Assembly: GCA_041665365.1 (NCBI GenBank)
Contig: JBAYIY010000008.1
Coordinates: forward strand, 6,396-70,395
DNA: 64,000 nt
From: Patescibacteria group bacterium
GTDB lineage: Bacteria; Patescibacteriota; Patescibacteriia; UBA9570
Reading direction: 5' to 3'
Part shown: positions 47,786 to 56,731 of the stretch, one piece after another
Layout: the number at the start of each line of letters is the position of its first letter
Position numbering within the stretch: position 1 is the first letter of the stretch
The notes under the pieces: generated by a model
What the model saw: the letters and a program-made list of their open reading frames with translations, nothing else
Databases searched by the model: none
What the model was told of the DNA's origin: nothing
Made by a program: the position numbers and the translations under genes

Positions 47786-48892
47786 ATGCAACGTTTGGGG
47801 ATATTAGGAGGGGGGCAACTGGGTCGCATGTTAATTCAAGCGGCCATGAATTATGATATTTATGTGCAGGTGCTCGATCCTGATGCCGAGGCGCCGTGCC
47901 ATACTGTTTGCAATAAATTTGTCCAAGGTTCATTAACTGATTACGAAACCGTTTTGCAATTCGGTCAGGAGGTTGATGTGATAACTATCGAAATTGAACA
48001 TGTTAATGTTGAGGCTTTAAAAGCATTACAAAAGCAAGGTAAAAAAGTTTATCCACAACCTGAAATAATTGAATTGATTCAAGATAAAGGCAATCAAAAA
48101 GATTGGTATGTGAAACACAGTGTGCCGACCGCTCCGTTCACTTTAGGCACAGCCGAATATACAGGAAAGTTTCCAGTGATGCAGAAATTGCGGCGGTTAG
48201 GCTATGATGGTAAAGGTGTAAAAAAAATAATCTCAGTGCGTGATTTATCTAAACAGTTTACTGAACCGGCATTTTTTGAAGAGTTCATTCCTTTTCAAAA
48301 GGAAATTGCCGTCATCGTGGCGCGCAATCAGCGGGGAGATATCGCGACTTATCCGGTAGTGGAAATGAAGTTTCATTTGGAAGCGCATTTAGTGGATTGG
48401 TTAATGGCACCAGCCCGCGTGAGTAAAACAATTGCCGAACAAGCGCATAGTGTGGCCATGCGGATTGCCGAAGAATTAAAATTAGTTGGTGTCTTAGCCG
48501 TTGAGATGTTTGTTACCACAGCGGGGGATGTTTTAGTAAATGAAATCGCGCCCCGGCCTCATAACAGTGGTCATCATACCATTGAGGCTAATGAGACATC
48601 GCAATATGATCAACACCTACGGGCGATCTTTAATTGGCCATTGGGTGCAACCACTGCCCGACAAACAGCCGTTATGATAAACTTATTGGGCGAAGCCGGT
48701 TATGAGGGGGTAGCCAATTATCAAAATTTGTCTCATGTATTGGCCGAAGCGGGTGTCTATGTGCATCTGTATGGTAAAGTTTATACCAGACCAATGCGTA
48801 AAATGGGGCACATCACCGTATTAGCCGATGATGCCCAAACGGCTTTAGCTAAAGCCCTGGCACTTAAACAAAGATTAAAAGTAATTTCATAA
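47786..48892 (+). CDS. purK: N5-carboxyaminoimidazole ribonucleotide synthase
   Basis: [34 protein letters not shown]. Confidence 0.96.
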   Translation: MQRLGILGGGQLGRMLIQAAMNYDIYVQVLDPDAEAPCHTVCNKFVQGSLTDYETVLQFGQEVDVITIEIEHVNVEALKALQKQGKKVYPQPEIIELIQDKGNQKDWYVKHSVPTAPFTLGTAEYTGKFPVMQKLRRLGYDGKGVKKIISVRDLSKQFTEPAFFEEFIPFQKEIAVIVARNQRGDIATYPVVEMKFHLEAHLVDWLMAPARVSKTIAEQAHSVAMRIAEELKLVGVLAVEMFVTTAGDVLVNEIAPRPHNSGHHTIEANETSQYDQHLRAIFNWPLGATTARQTAVMINLLGEAGYEGVANYQNLSHVLAEAGVYVHLYGKVYTRPMRKMGHITVLADDAQTALAKALALKQRLKVIS

Positions 48893-48896
48893 TTCT

Positions 48897-49388
48897 ATGA
48901 CAGCGAAACCAATTATCGGTATTATCATGGGGAGTGAATCAGATTTAGCTACCATGCAACCAGCGGCGGATATATTAAAACAATTCGACGTTGAGTTTGA
49001 ATTAACGATTGTGTCAGCGCATCGGACACCGGATAGAATGTTTGACTACGCAAAAACAGCGGTTGGTCGTGGTTTAAAAGTAATCATTGCTGGAGCCGGT
49101 GGCGCCGCGCACTTACCCGGTATGGTAGCATCTCTAACCACTCTGCCAGTAATTGGTGTACCGATAAAATCCAGCAACTCGATTGACGGGATTGATTCTT
49201 TATTATCGATTGCTCAAATGCCAGCCGGTGTGCCAGTGGCCACGGTGGCGGTGAATGGTGCCCAGAATGCTGGTATACTAGCCGCTGAAATTATCGCTCT
49301 TAACCAGCTAGTGTTACAGAAAAAATTAGTAGCTTATAAAACCAAATTAAAAGATAAGGTGCAAGCGGCTATTAAGAATCTAAAATAA
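48897..49388 (+). CDS. purE: N5-CAIR mutase
   Basis: [32 protein letters not shown]. Confidence 0.97.
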   Translation: MTAKPIIGIIMGSESDLATMQPAADILKQFDVEFELTIVSAHRTPDRMFDYAKTAVGRGLKVIIAGAGGAAHLPGMVASLTTLPVIGVPIKSSNSIDGIDSLLSIAQMPAGVPVATVAVNGAQNAGILAAEIIALNQLVLQKKLVAYKTKLKDKVQAAIKNLK

Positions 49389-49389
49389 C

Positions 49390-49479
49390 TTTACCCCCTC
49401 TGTCCCCCTTGCAGGGGGATAAGAGAAAAAGTTTAGAAAAAATCTTTTCTTAGCCCCCTGCAAGGGGGTTGGGGGTAAA
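49390..49479. repeat. Gene-less double-hairpin inverted element
   Basis: TTTACCCCC..TCCCCCTTGCAGGGGGA-TAAGA, A-rich spacer, TCTTAG-CCCCCTGCAAGGGGG-TTGGGGGTAAA; lies between convergent genes. Confidence 0.75.
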
Positions 49480-49492
49480 TTCCGGTCAGTCT

Positions 49493-49972
49493 CTACTTTA
49501 TCTGTTTCTCTAACAGCTGACTAATCTTATCGACATCTAATTGTCTCAACATTTGTTTGAGCTCTTTATCATTAGTGGTATTTAACCCATCATGTTCGGC
49601 TATATAAACGGCTAAGTGCATCACTTTGGTGAGTTCTTGTTCGGTAATTAAATCAAGTTGTAAATCAATTTCTTCGCGCACATCCGCAATATGAGCAGCC
49701 CGATTTTGCGAAATCAATACTACAATGGCTAAAAAAATCGCTTCTAAAGATACTGCCATAGTGAGTAAGGCAAACGGAAATGGATCGAATGAAGGTATCA
49801 TTGGTATCAAGTTGATATTGATAAGTATCCATATAAAAAAAAGCACTACATTTATAATCAGAAATTGGATAGTGCCAAAACGGCTCGTCATCCAATCGGC
49901 TAAACGTTCTGCTGGAGTGCGTTTTGAATTGGCTTTAGCTTGAAAACTGTTTATGTGATGCATGTAAGCCAT
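49493..49972 (-). CDS. DUF1003 family membrane protein
   Basis: ERLAD...FG, FDPFPFALL...SLEAIFL...LISQNR. Confidence 0.9.
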   Translation of the reverse strand: MAYMHHINSFQAKANSKRTPAERLADWMTSRFGTIQFLIINVVLFFIWILININLIPMIPSFDPFPFALLTMAVSLEAIFLAIVVLISQNRAAHIADVREEIDLQLDLITEQELTKVMHLAVYIAEHDGLNTTNDKELKQMLRQLDVDKISQLLEKQIK

Positions 49973-50029
49973 AATACCGCATTGGCAGAAAAATTGACAA
50001 TGAGATAGGTTTTACATTAGGGTAGAGTA

Positions 50030-50887
50030 ATGAAAAGAGTTTTCGCAGTGGTAATTATTATGATTTTAATAGGTGTCGGCTCGGTCTTTTGGTGGAAAAA
50101 TAAATCAACTAATAGTGTTGCACTAGATAATTCTAAACTCCAAGTGGTAGCCACATTTTATCCATTAGGTTATTTTGCCCAGCAAGTGGGAGGGGATAAA
50201 GTAGTAGTTACCACCATTGTGCCGAATGGCGTAGAACCGCACGATTTCGCACCTACCCCACGGGACATTATCAATATCAATCAGGCGGATGTTTTTATTT
50301 ATACAGGAGCCGGGTTTGACCCTTGGGCTGAAAATGTCGATACTAAGCAACGTTTACAAGCGACTACGATAGATCAACAAACTGATCCACATGTTTGGTT
50401 AGATCCAGTTTTGATGCAAGCTTTTGTGACCAGACTTAGCCAAGTATATAGTACGGCTGACCCGAGCCATAAAACTTATTATACCAATCAGGCCAATGAC
50501 GTGATCAAACGGTTATATAACTTAGATCAATCTTATCAACAAAAACTATATAATTGTTCTGTTAGAAAAGTTATTACAACACATAATGCCTTTGCGTATT
50601 TGGCAAACAGATATGGTTTTGAAATTTTTCCTGTGATTGGTCTTAATCCCAATGAAGCACCGTCTGCTCAAACCATCGCCGAGTTATCAGATTTAGCCCG
50701 AAGTTATCAGATTAAATATATTTTCTTTGAAGAAATGACCTCACCGAAGGTTAGTGAAACTTTAGCCCAGGAAGTGGGAGCGCAAGCGCACGTGTTGAGC
50801 CCTCTAGAAAGTGCCACCTCAGGAGATTATTTTTCTATCATGGAAAGCAACGCTAATGTGCTAGCGACAGCCATGGAGTGTCAATGA
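50030..50887 (+). CDS. Zn/Mn ABC substrate-binding protein (ZnuA/AdcA family)
   Basis: EPHDF.PTP, DPHVWLDP, HNAFAY, SPLE; no permease or ATPase gene adjacent. Confidence 0.92.
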   Translation: MKRVFAVVIIMILIGVGSVFWWKNKSTNSVALDNSKLQVVATFYPLGYFAQQVGGDKVVVTTIVPNGVEPHDFAPTPRDIININQADVFIYTGAGFDPWAENVDTKQRLQATTIDQQTDPHVWLDPVLMQAFVTRLSQVYSTADPSHKTYYTNQANDVIKRLYNLDQSYQQKLYNCSVRKVITTHNAFAYLANRYGFEIFPVIGLNPNEAPSAQTIAELSDLARSYQIKYIFFEEMTSPKVSETLAQEVGAQAHVLSPLESATSGDYFSIMESNANVLATAMECQ

Positions 50888-51490
50888 TGGCCGCCAATGG
50901 GGATCAGTTTGAAACCCACATAAGTGATAATCAAAGCGGCTACTGCCCCAAATACTCGTATGGTGCTCGGGGAAAAATTCCAACCGCCGATATTAGCAAA
51001 AGTATTAGCCGCTTCATCTGGTTTGTAAGCACCGCTATCGACTGTTTCGGTATTAAGTGTTTGTTTAGTTGTATCGATGTGCATGACATGATCAATTTTT
51101 TCGGTGGTAGCTGTAAAATTAAATTTACGTAACTGTTTGGTAGCATTTATACTAAAAGTTACTTTGTGTTGTTGGTAAAATTCCAGACTGGCTTTTTTAG
51201 ATTGGGCTGTTTCCGTGGGCATGGTTTTATCGAGTCGTTCGATAAAATAAGTCCAACGATCTTCATCTGGGTGAGAGTTTTTATTAAACAAGCATTGTCC
51301 ATCATAACAAGGATAAATCACATCTTTACTATCAGCACCAGCTTCACGATGAGCGCGCACTACCACTGCACTACTGGCTATTTCTTGATCTAAATACACA
51401 AATAACTTGGGTTCATAGGTTGAACTATACACAAACCCAAAGGCAACACTGGGTACAATTAACAATAATAAGATAATCAGGTGCTTCATA
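50881..51490 (-). CDS. Hypothetical exported protein with C-terminal TM anchor
   Basis: Signal-like MKHLIILLLLIVPSVAFG from about 51490 (start inferred); C-terminal hydrophobic helix. Confidence 0.65.
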
Positions 51491-51532
51491 AGTGGCCATG
51501 AGTATACTATAAGTGGTGATTTTTTGTCACTA

Positions 51533-52087
51533 CTAGCCAAATAAATGGCTAAGCAGTATTTTGCAACCCAAACCAATTAGTACTAAACCAGCGCCTAACT
51601 CAGCTGGTTTAGAGATACTTTTTGGAATCCAACGTGTGCCAATAAAAGCTAAATAACAAACCAAACCAGTCACACCACCAATGATAGTGATGGTAATTAG
51701 TGGTTGAGAGGAAATAGTGGGTAAGGTAAAACCAACCGCTAAGGCATCTATACTGGTAGCCACACCTAATAATAAAATACTTTTTAGGGATATTTTTACA
51801 TTTGGTTGTGCCTCTGCTGAGTTTAATACCGTTCTAATCATGTTGATACCAAGTAGGGCTAGCAAAATAAAAGCAATCCAATGATCGACCATAATAATTT
51901 GTTCATAAAACAGTACAGTGGTTTTCCAACCCAACCAGGGCATGATGGCTTGGAAAACACCAAAATTAAGGGCAATTAACCCGGCGTTTATTTTAGATAA
52001 ATGTTTGTGTTTCACGCCAAGCGCGAGTGAGACAACAAAAGCATCGACGGCGAGTGATAAAGCTAGAATCAAATCAGTGATAAGCAT
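51533..52087 (-). CDS. mntP: Manganese efflux pump MntP family
   Basis: LAVDAFVVS, FQAIMP, DHWIAF, ATSIDALAVG. Confidence 0.92.
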   Translation of the reverse strand: MLITDLILALSLAVDAFVVSLALGVKHKHLSKINAGLIALNFGVFQAIMPWLGWKTTVLFYEQIIMVDHWIAFILLALLGINMIRTVLNSAEAQPNVKISLKSILLLGVATSIDALAVGFTLPTISSQPLITITIIGGVTGLVCYLAFIGTRWIPKSISKPAELGAGLVLIGLGCKILLSHLFG

Positions 52088-52161
52088 AATTTACAATTAG
52101 TCTAACATATTTCTAATTTAAAAACTTGACAGGGTTTTTGAAATCTACTACAACCAATAGT

Positions 52162-53040
52162 ATGATTAATGTAAACAACTTAATTCATCGCTTTGGCACT
52201 ACCATAGCGGTGAACGATATCAGCTTTAAAGTTGATACCGGCGAAGTGGTGGGTTTTCTAGGACCCAATGGAGCCGGGAAGACAACTACCATGCGGCTAT
52301 TAACCGGGTATTTACAACCAGTTAGTGGCACAATCGAAATTGATAACCGACAAGATATTGGTTATCTACCGGAAAATAACCCGTTATATGAAACCCAGCG
52401 GGTGTATGAGTATTTAGAGTTTATCGCGCGAGCCAAAAATATTACCGCCTTAACTAGTGAAATTAAACGAGTAGTACGGGAGACACATTTATCAGATAAA
52501 ATAAATTTAACGATCAGTGAGTTATCTAAGGGGTATCGGCAACGGGTTGGGTTAGCCGCCGCATTGTTGGGTGACCCAAAGGTGTTGTTATTAGATGAAC
52601 CCACTTCAGGGTTAGATCCAAATCAATCGGCTGATATTCGTCAGTTAATTCGTACTCTGGGTAAAACCAAATCGGTGTTGTTTTCTACACACATCTTACA
52701 AGAAGTGCAATCAGTGTGTGATCGTGCCATCATTATTAATCGAGGTAAAATTGTCGGGCAGGGGACAGTGGCCGAATTGGTCGCTCAAGCTGAGGGTAAA
52801 AAACAATTGCATTTAACGATTACCGGGTCAGTTGAGGCAGTGCGTGATAGTTTGAACAAGATTGAACAGGTGACCATGATTGATCAACCAGCCGAGCAGC
52901 AGTATGTTCTGGAAACACCGGCCAGTGTGGATATTCGTAAAACTGTGTTTGATTTATGTGTGGCTCAGCACTGGACATTATTAGAGATGCAGCAAACGCA
53001 AGTGAGCTTAGAAGAAGTTTTCCATCAATTAACCGCTTAA
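52162..53040 (+). CDS. ABC transporter ATPase (GldA-like)
   Basis: GPNGAGKTT, LSKGYRQRVGLA, LDEPTSGLDP, STHIL. Confidence 0.92.
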   Translation: MINVNNLIHRFGTTIAVNDISFKVDTGEVVGFLGPNGAGKTTTMRLLTGYLQPVSGTIEIDNRQDIGYLPENNPLYETQRVYEYLEFIARAKNITALTSEIKRVVRETHLSDKINLTISELSKGYRQRVGLAAALLGDPKVLLLDEPTSGLDPNQSADIRQLIRTLGKTKSVLFSTHILQEVQSVCDRAIIINRGKIVGQGTVAELVAQAEGKKQLHLTITGSVEAVRDSLNKIEQVTMIDQPAEQQYVLETPASVDIRKTVFDLCVAQHWTLLEMQQTQVSLEEVFHQLTA

Positions 53041-53045
53041 TACCT

Positions 53046-55274
53046 ATGCCTAGTTGGTTCGCCTTATATCGTAAAGAGTTAGTCAACTATTTTTACTCAT
53101 TGTTGTCTTATCTCTTCATTATTGTTTTCTTAGTAGTTTTATCGTGGTTAGCTTGGCAAGATTTGTTTCTTGTGAACCAAGCCACGATGCGCAGTTTTTT
53201 TACATTACTGCCCTGGTTTTATCTATTCTTGTTGCCGGCTTTATCCATGCGTTTATGGAGTGAAGAAAAAAAGCAGGGCACAGAAGAGATATTGCTCACC
53301 TTACCATTATCAGATACGCAAGCGGTGTTGGCAAAATTCGCGGCGGCAGCAAGCTTCTTAGGTTTGGTATTACTGTGTTCATTACCCTTTCCAATTACCT
53401 TAGCGCAAATGGGCAATTTAGATTGGGGCCCTGTCATTGGTGGTTATGTGGGAGCTTGGCTTTTGGGCTGTAGTTATTTAGCGATCGGTCAGTTTGTTTC
53501 GGCTTTAACGAAGAATCAGATTGTAGCTTTCTTGCTGACAATTGGCGTGGCTTTTATCTTGTTGGTAATTGGTATTCCATCATTAGTATCTGGTACCAGT
53601 TGGTTTGCCCGGGTTTTGTTTTTACTCTCCACACAGACACATTTCCAAAATTTAGGTAAAGGCGTAATTGATTTGCGCGATGTGGTGTATTATTTATCCC
53701 TCTGTAGTATTGGTTTGTTGTTAACCATTACAGTATTACGCAAACAACGCTTTGGTATACAACGCACTACCCAAGTTGCTCTAGTAATAGGTTCGGTAAT
53801 TTTACTGAATGGTATATTAATGCCAGTGACACTGCGAGCTGATCTAACCCAAACCAAACAATATACTTTAGCTGATGTTTCCAAACAAACGGTCAAAGAT
53901 TTAACTCAGCCGGTGACGCTAAAGTTATTTTTTACGAGTAAAGTGCCGCAAGATTTATTAGCTCTGCGGCAAGATGTCACAGATATTTTGAATGAATATC
54001 ATCAAGCTAATTCAAATCAGGTAATAGTAGATATTCAGGAACCAAACGAGACTGATACACAATCTTATGGCATTCCGCAGATTCAATTTAATATCATGGG
54101 CAGTGAAAAGTTTGAAGTGTCCACCGGGTACACTGGGTTAGCCATTGTTTATGGTGATAGTTATGAAACTATCCCAGTTATTTCTGATACCACCACACTC
54201 GAATATGATATTACGGCGGCCATGCAAAAATTAACCCGTGATAAAACTCCGGAATTGGCTTGGGTGAATGATCATGGGGAAGTGAGTGCTAAAAATCTGC
54301 AAAGTTATTTGCGTAAACAATATACCGTTACTCCAACCAAAGCTGCCGATTTAGCTACCACTTCAGCTACTACAGCTGTGTTAGTTGGACCAACAACAGC
54401 GTTTACCGATCAAGAACGATATATTGTAGATCAATACATCATGAAGGGTAATAAAGTATTGTTGTTATTACCTGGCGAAACCGTTGATATGCAATATTTA
54501 TCAGCTAGCGCTAACGCGACTGATTTAGATAAACTCTTAGAAGAATATGGTGTCACTGTTAATCAAGATCTAGTGGCGGATTTTGGTTCGTCACAAACTT
54601 TACCGTTTGGTAGTAATGGTTATACGGTTTATCAATCGTACCCACTCTGGCCGGTTATTACAGCAGATGGTTTCAATAAAGATTCAGCCGTGACAGCAAC
54701 ATTGCAATCAACCACCTTAGCCTGGCCTAGCTCGCTTTCAGTGCATGTCGCTAACGGGGTAACAGCTACGACTTTATTACAGACTACCAAGCAAGCTTAT
54801 TCATATACTGGAAGTATATCGGTTAATCCAAATGATTTAACCACCCCAAATAAGGCGGACTTGAATCAAAAAACTATTGGGGTGTGGCTAAGTGGTCATC
54901 TTAATAGTGCTTACCCAGCCGATAAGTTACCAGACGGTATGGATGCCAGTAAATACGTTAGTCAAACTGATGCTGGGCAGATTATCATCATAGCTGATGC
55001 CGATTTTGTGTCCGATAATTTTCTCCAACAATCTTTAGATAATGCTACTGTAGTGGTGAATAGCATTGATGCTTTATCTCAAGATACCGGTTTAATGACG
55101 ATTCGGTCACGCGCCGCGTTAGATCGTCCTTTAAAAAGTATGACCGACGGTGAAAAAGTAGTGACTAAATACACTAATATATTTTCTGGCATTGTGATCG
55201 TGGTGCTCTTGGCTGGAGCCAGTTTTTACTGGCGCCGCCGCCGCGATCGCTTTGCTAAACATCTTTATGCCTAA
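53046..55274 (+). CDS. Fused GldF-like ABC permease and GldG-like auxiliary domain
   Basis: SMRLWSEEKKQGT, GVIDLRDVVY, then DLT..KQYTL...LEYDIT...DQYIMKG; C-terminal TM. Confidence 0.85.
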   Translation: MPSWFALYRKELVNYFYSLLSYLFIIVFLVVLSWLAWQDLFLVNQATMRSFFTLLPWFYLFLLPALSMRLWSEEKKQGTEEILLTLPLSDTQAVLAKFAAAASFLGLVLLCSLPFPITLAQMGNLDWGPVIGGYVGAWLLGCSYLAIGQFVSALTKNQIVAFLLTIGVAFILLVIGIPSLVSGTSWFARVLFLLSTQTHFQNLGKGVIDLRDVVYYLSLCSIGLLLTITVLRKQRFGIQRTTQVALVIGSVILLNGILMPVTLRADLTQTKQYTLADVSKQTVKDLTQPVTLKLFFTSKVPQDLLALRQDVTDILNEYHQANSNQVIVDIQEPNETDTQSYGIPQIQFNIMGSEKFEVSTGYTGLAIVYGDSYETIPVISDTTTLEYDITAAMQKLTRDKTPELAWVNDHGEVSAKNLQSYLRKQYTVTPTKAADLATTSATTAVLVGPTTAFTDQERYIVDQYIMKGNKVLLLLPGETVDMQYLSASANATDLDKLLEEYGVTVNQDLVADFGSSQTLPFGSNGYTVYQSYPLWPVITADGFNKDSAVTATLQSTTLAWPSSLSVHVANGVTATTLLQTTKQAYSYTGSISVNPNDLTTPNKADLNQKTIGVWLSGHLNSAYPADKLPDGMDASKYVSQTDAGQIIIIADADFVSDNFLQQSLDNATVVVNSIDALSQDTGLMTIRSRAALDRPLKSMTDGEKVVTKYTNIFSGIVIVVLLAGASFYWRRRRDRFAKHLYA

Positions 55275-55794
55275 ACTAAATTCAACCACAATCATTTTAA
55301 TCGGCACATTTGTTTTGTTAGTTGGTATTTTTTCCTGGCAATATTGGAGTAAGGCATCAACTCAAAAACAAGCTACTGTTCAAAAACAGTTCATCTCAGA
55401 CTTTTCTGTTGATGCTGTTACAGAATTATCCATTACTAAAGGTGATACTACAACTACACTGCAAAAACAATCCGATCAGTGGGTTATTACTTCAAACAAC
55501 AATGTGGCCGCCGATGATAGTGCGATTAAAGCCTTACTTAACACTCTGCATGATAGTACCATTCAAGCTACTATCACTAACACAACCGATCAAGCTGAAC
55601 TTTATGGTTTAGATCAAGCTCAGGTGATTCATATCGTTGCGAAAAATAATGGTCAAACCGTAGCGGATGTACAAGTTGGTAAAATCGGCAAAGCGTATAA
55701 TACTTGGTATGGTACGCGTAATACTGATCAAACTGTTTATTTATTATCCGGTAGTCACACATCTTTGGTGAATGATAAATGGGAGAATGTCTAG
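55267..55794 (+). CDS. DUF4340-like protein
   Basis: N-terminal TM, L.K..DQW, AD, YGL, VG; usual position after gldG-like genes. Confidence 0.7.
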   Translation: MPKLNSTTIILIGTFVLLVGIFSWQYWSKASTQKQATVQKQFISDFSVDAVTELSITKGDTTTTLQKQSDQWVITSNNNVAADDSAIKALLNTLHDSTIQATITNTTDQAELYGLDQAQVIHIVAKNNGQTVADVQVGKIGKAYNTWYGTRNTDQTVYLLSGSHTSLVNDKWENV

Positions 55795-56686
55795 ATTACC
55801 AATCAAGGGTTGGACGTTCGCATTATTAGCAACATTTACGTGGGGTGGTTATCTTAGTCTAGCCAAAATCGTGTTGGAGAAAATTACTGTTGAGCATTTT
55901 TTAGTGTTGCGGTTTTTCATTGGGGCAGCCGTATTGTTCGGAATAATTATCTTAACACGTGACTCATTAGTAATAAAACGTGTGCAGTGGTGGGCTGTAA
56001 TATTTACGGCCACCATCGGTATTATTTTGCACCAGTCAATTCAAGCCACTGGTTTACGTTTTACTACTGCCACTAACACCGGTTGGATTCTAACCTTTAT
56101 TCCAGTGGTGACCGGATTGTTAGCCTATTGGTTTTTACACGAACCGATTCGTCTTAAACAAGTAATCGGTTTAATCATCGCCGGGGTGGGTTTAATTACT
56201 TTAATAACCAATGGGGATGTTTTACATTTATTTAGTAGCTATCACTATGGCGATTATTTAATTATGGGTAGTGTGGTTACTTGGTCTATCTATACGGTCA
56301 GTACCAAAAAATATCTGTCTGGTTATTCGGCGTTAGTTGTTTCGATGTACCAAATGTTGCTGGGTGGGATATTTTTTCTAGCTCTATCTGGATCAACTTT
56401 AATGGTTGATGTCATTCACTTGTCAAATCTGGAATGGTGCTATGTTGTCCTGGCTGGTGCCTTCGCTTCAGGTTTAGCCTATGTCTGGTGGAACAGTGCC
56501 GCCAAACTATTAGATTCCCTCACCACCTCTATGTTTATGTTTTTCGAATCGATTGTGGCTATGGTGGTTGGCTTTTTACTTTTAGGTGAACATATTTCAG
56601 TTGTGCAGTTACTTGGAATTGGTGTGATTATTTTAGGTGTTTGTGTGGCTATTATTAAACCAAAAGAGTCGATGGTTACAAAATAA
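55787..56686 (+). CDS. DMT/EamA family transporter
   Basis: Ten TM segments, TWG, LRF, GLRFTTA, FLHE, LLGE. Confidence 0.92.
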   Translation: MSRLPIKGWTFALLATFTWGGYLSLAKIVLEKITVEHFLVLRFFIGAAVLFGIIILTRDSLVIKRVQWWAVIFTATIGIILHQSIQATGLRFTTATNTGWILTFIPVVTGLLAYWFLHEPIRLKQVIGLIIAGVGLITLITNGDVLHLFSSYHYGDYLIMGSVVTWSIYTVSTKKYLSGYSALVVSMYQMLLGGIFFLALSGSTLMVDVIHLSNLEWCYVVLAGAFASGLAYVWWNSAAKLLDSLTTSMFMFFESIVAMVVGFLLLGEHISVVQLLGIGVIILGVCVAIIKPKESMVTK

Positions 56687-56731
56687 AACCAGTAGAGACG
56701 TGCCGCCGGCATGACTCTACTGGTTTTATTT
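56681..56731. repeat. GTAG-family palindrome between convergent genes
   Basis: AAATAAAACCA-GTAGAGACGTGCC-GCC-GGCATGACTCTAC-TGGTTTTATTT. Confidence 0.8.
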
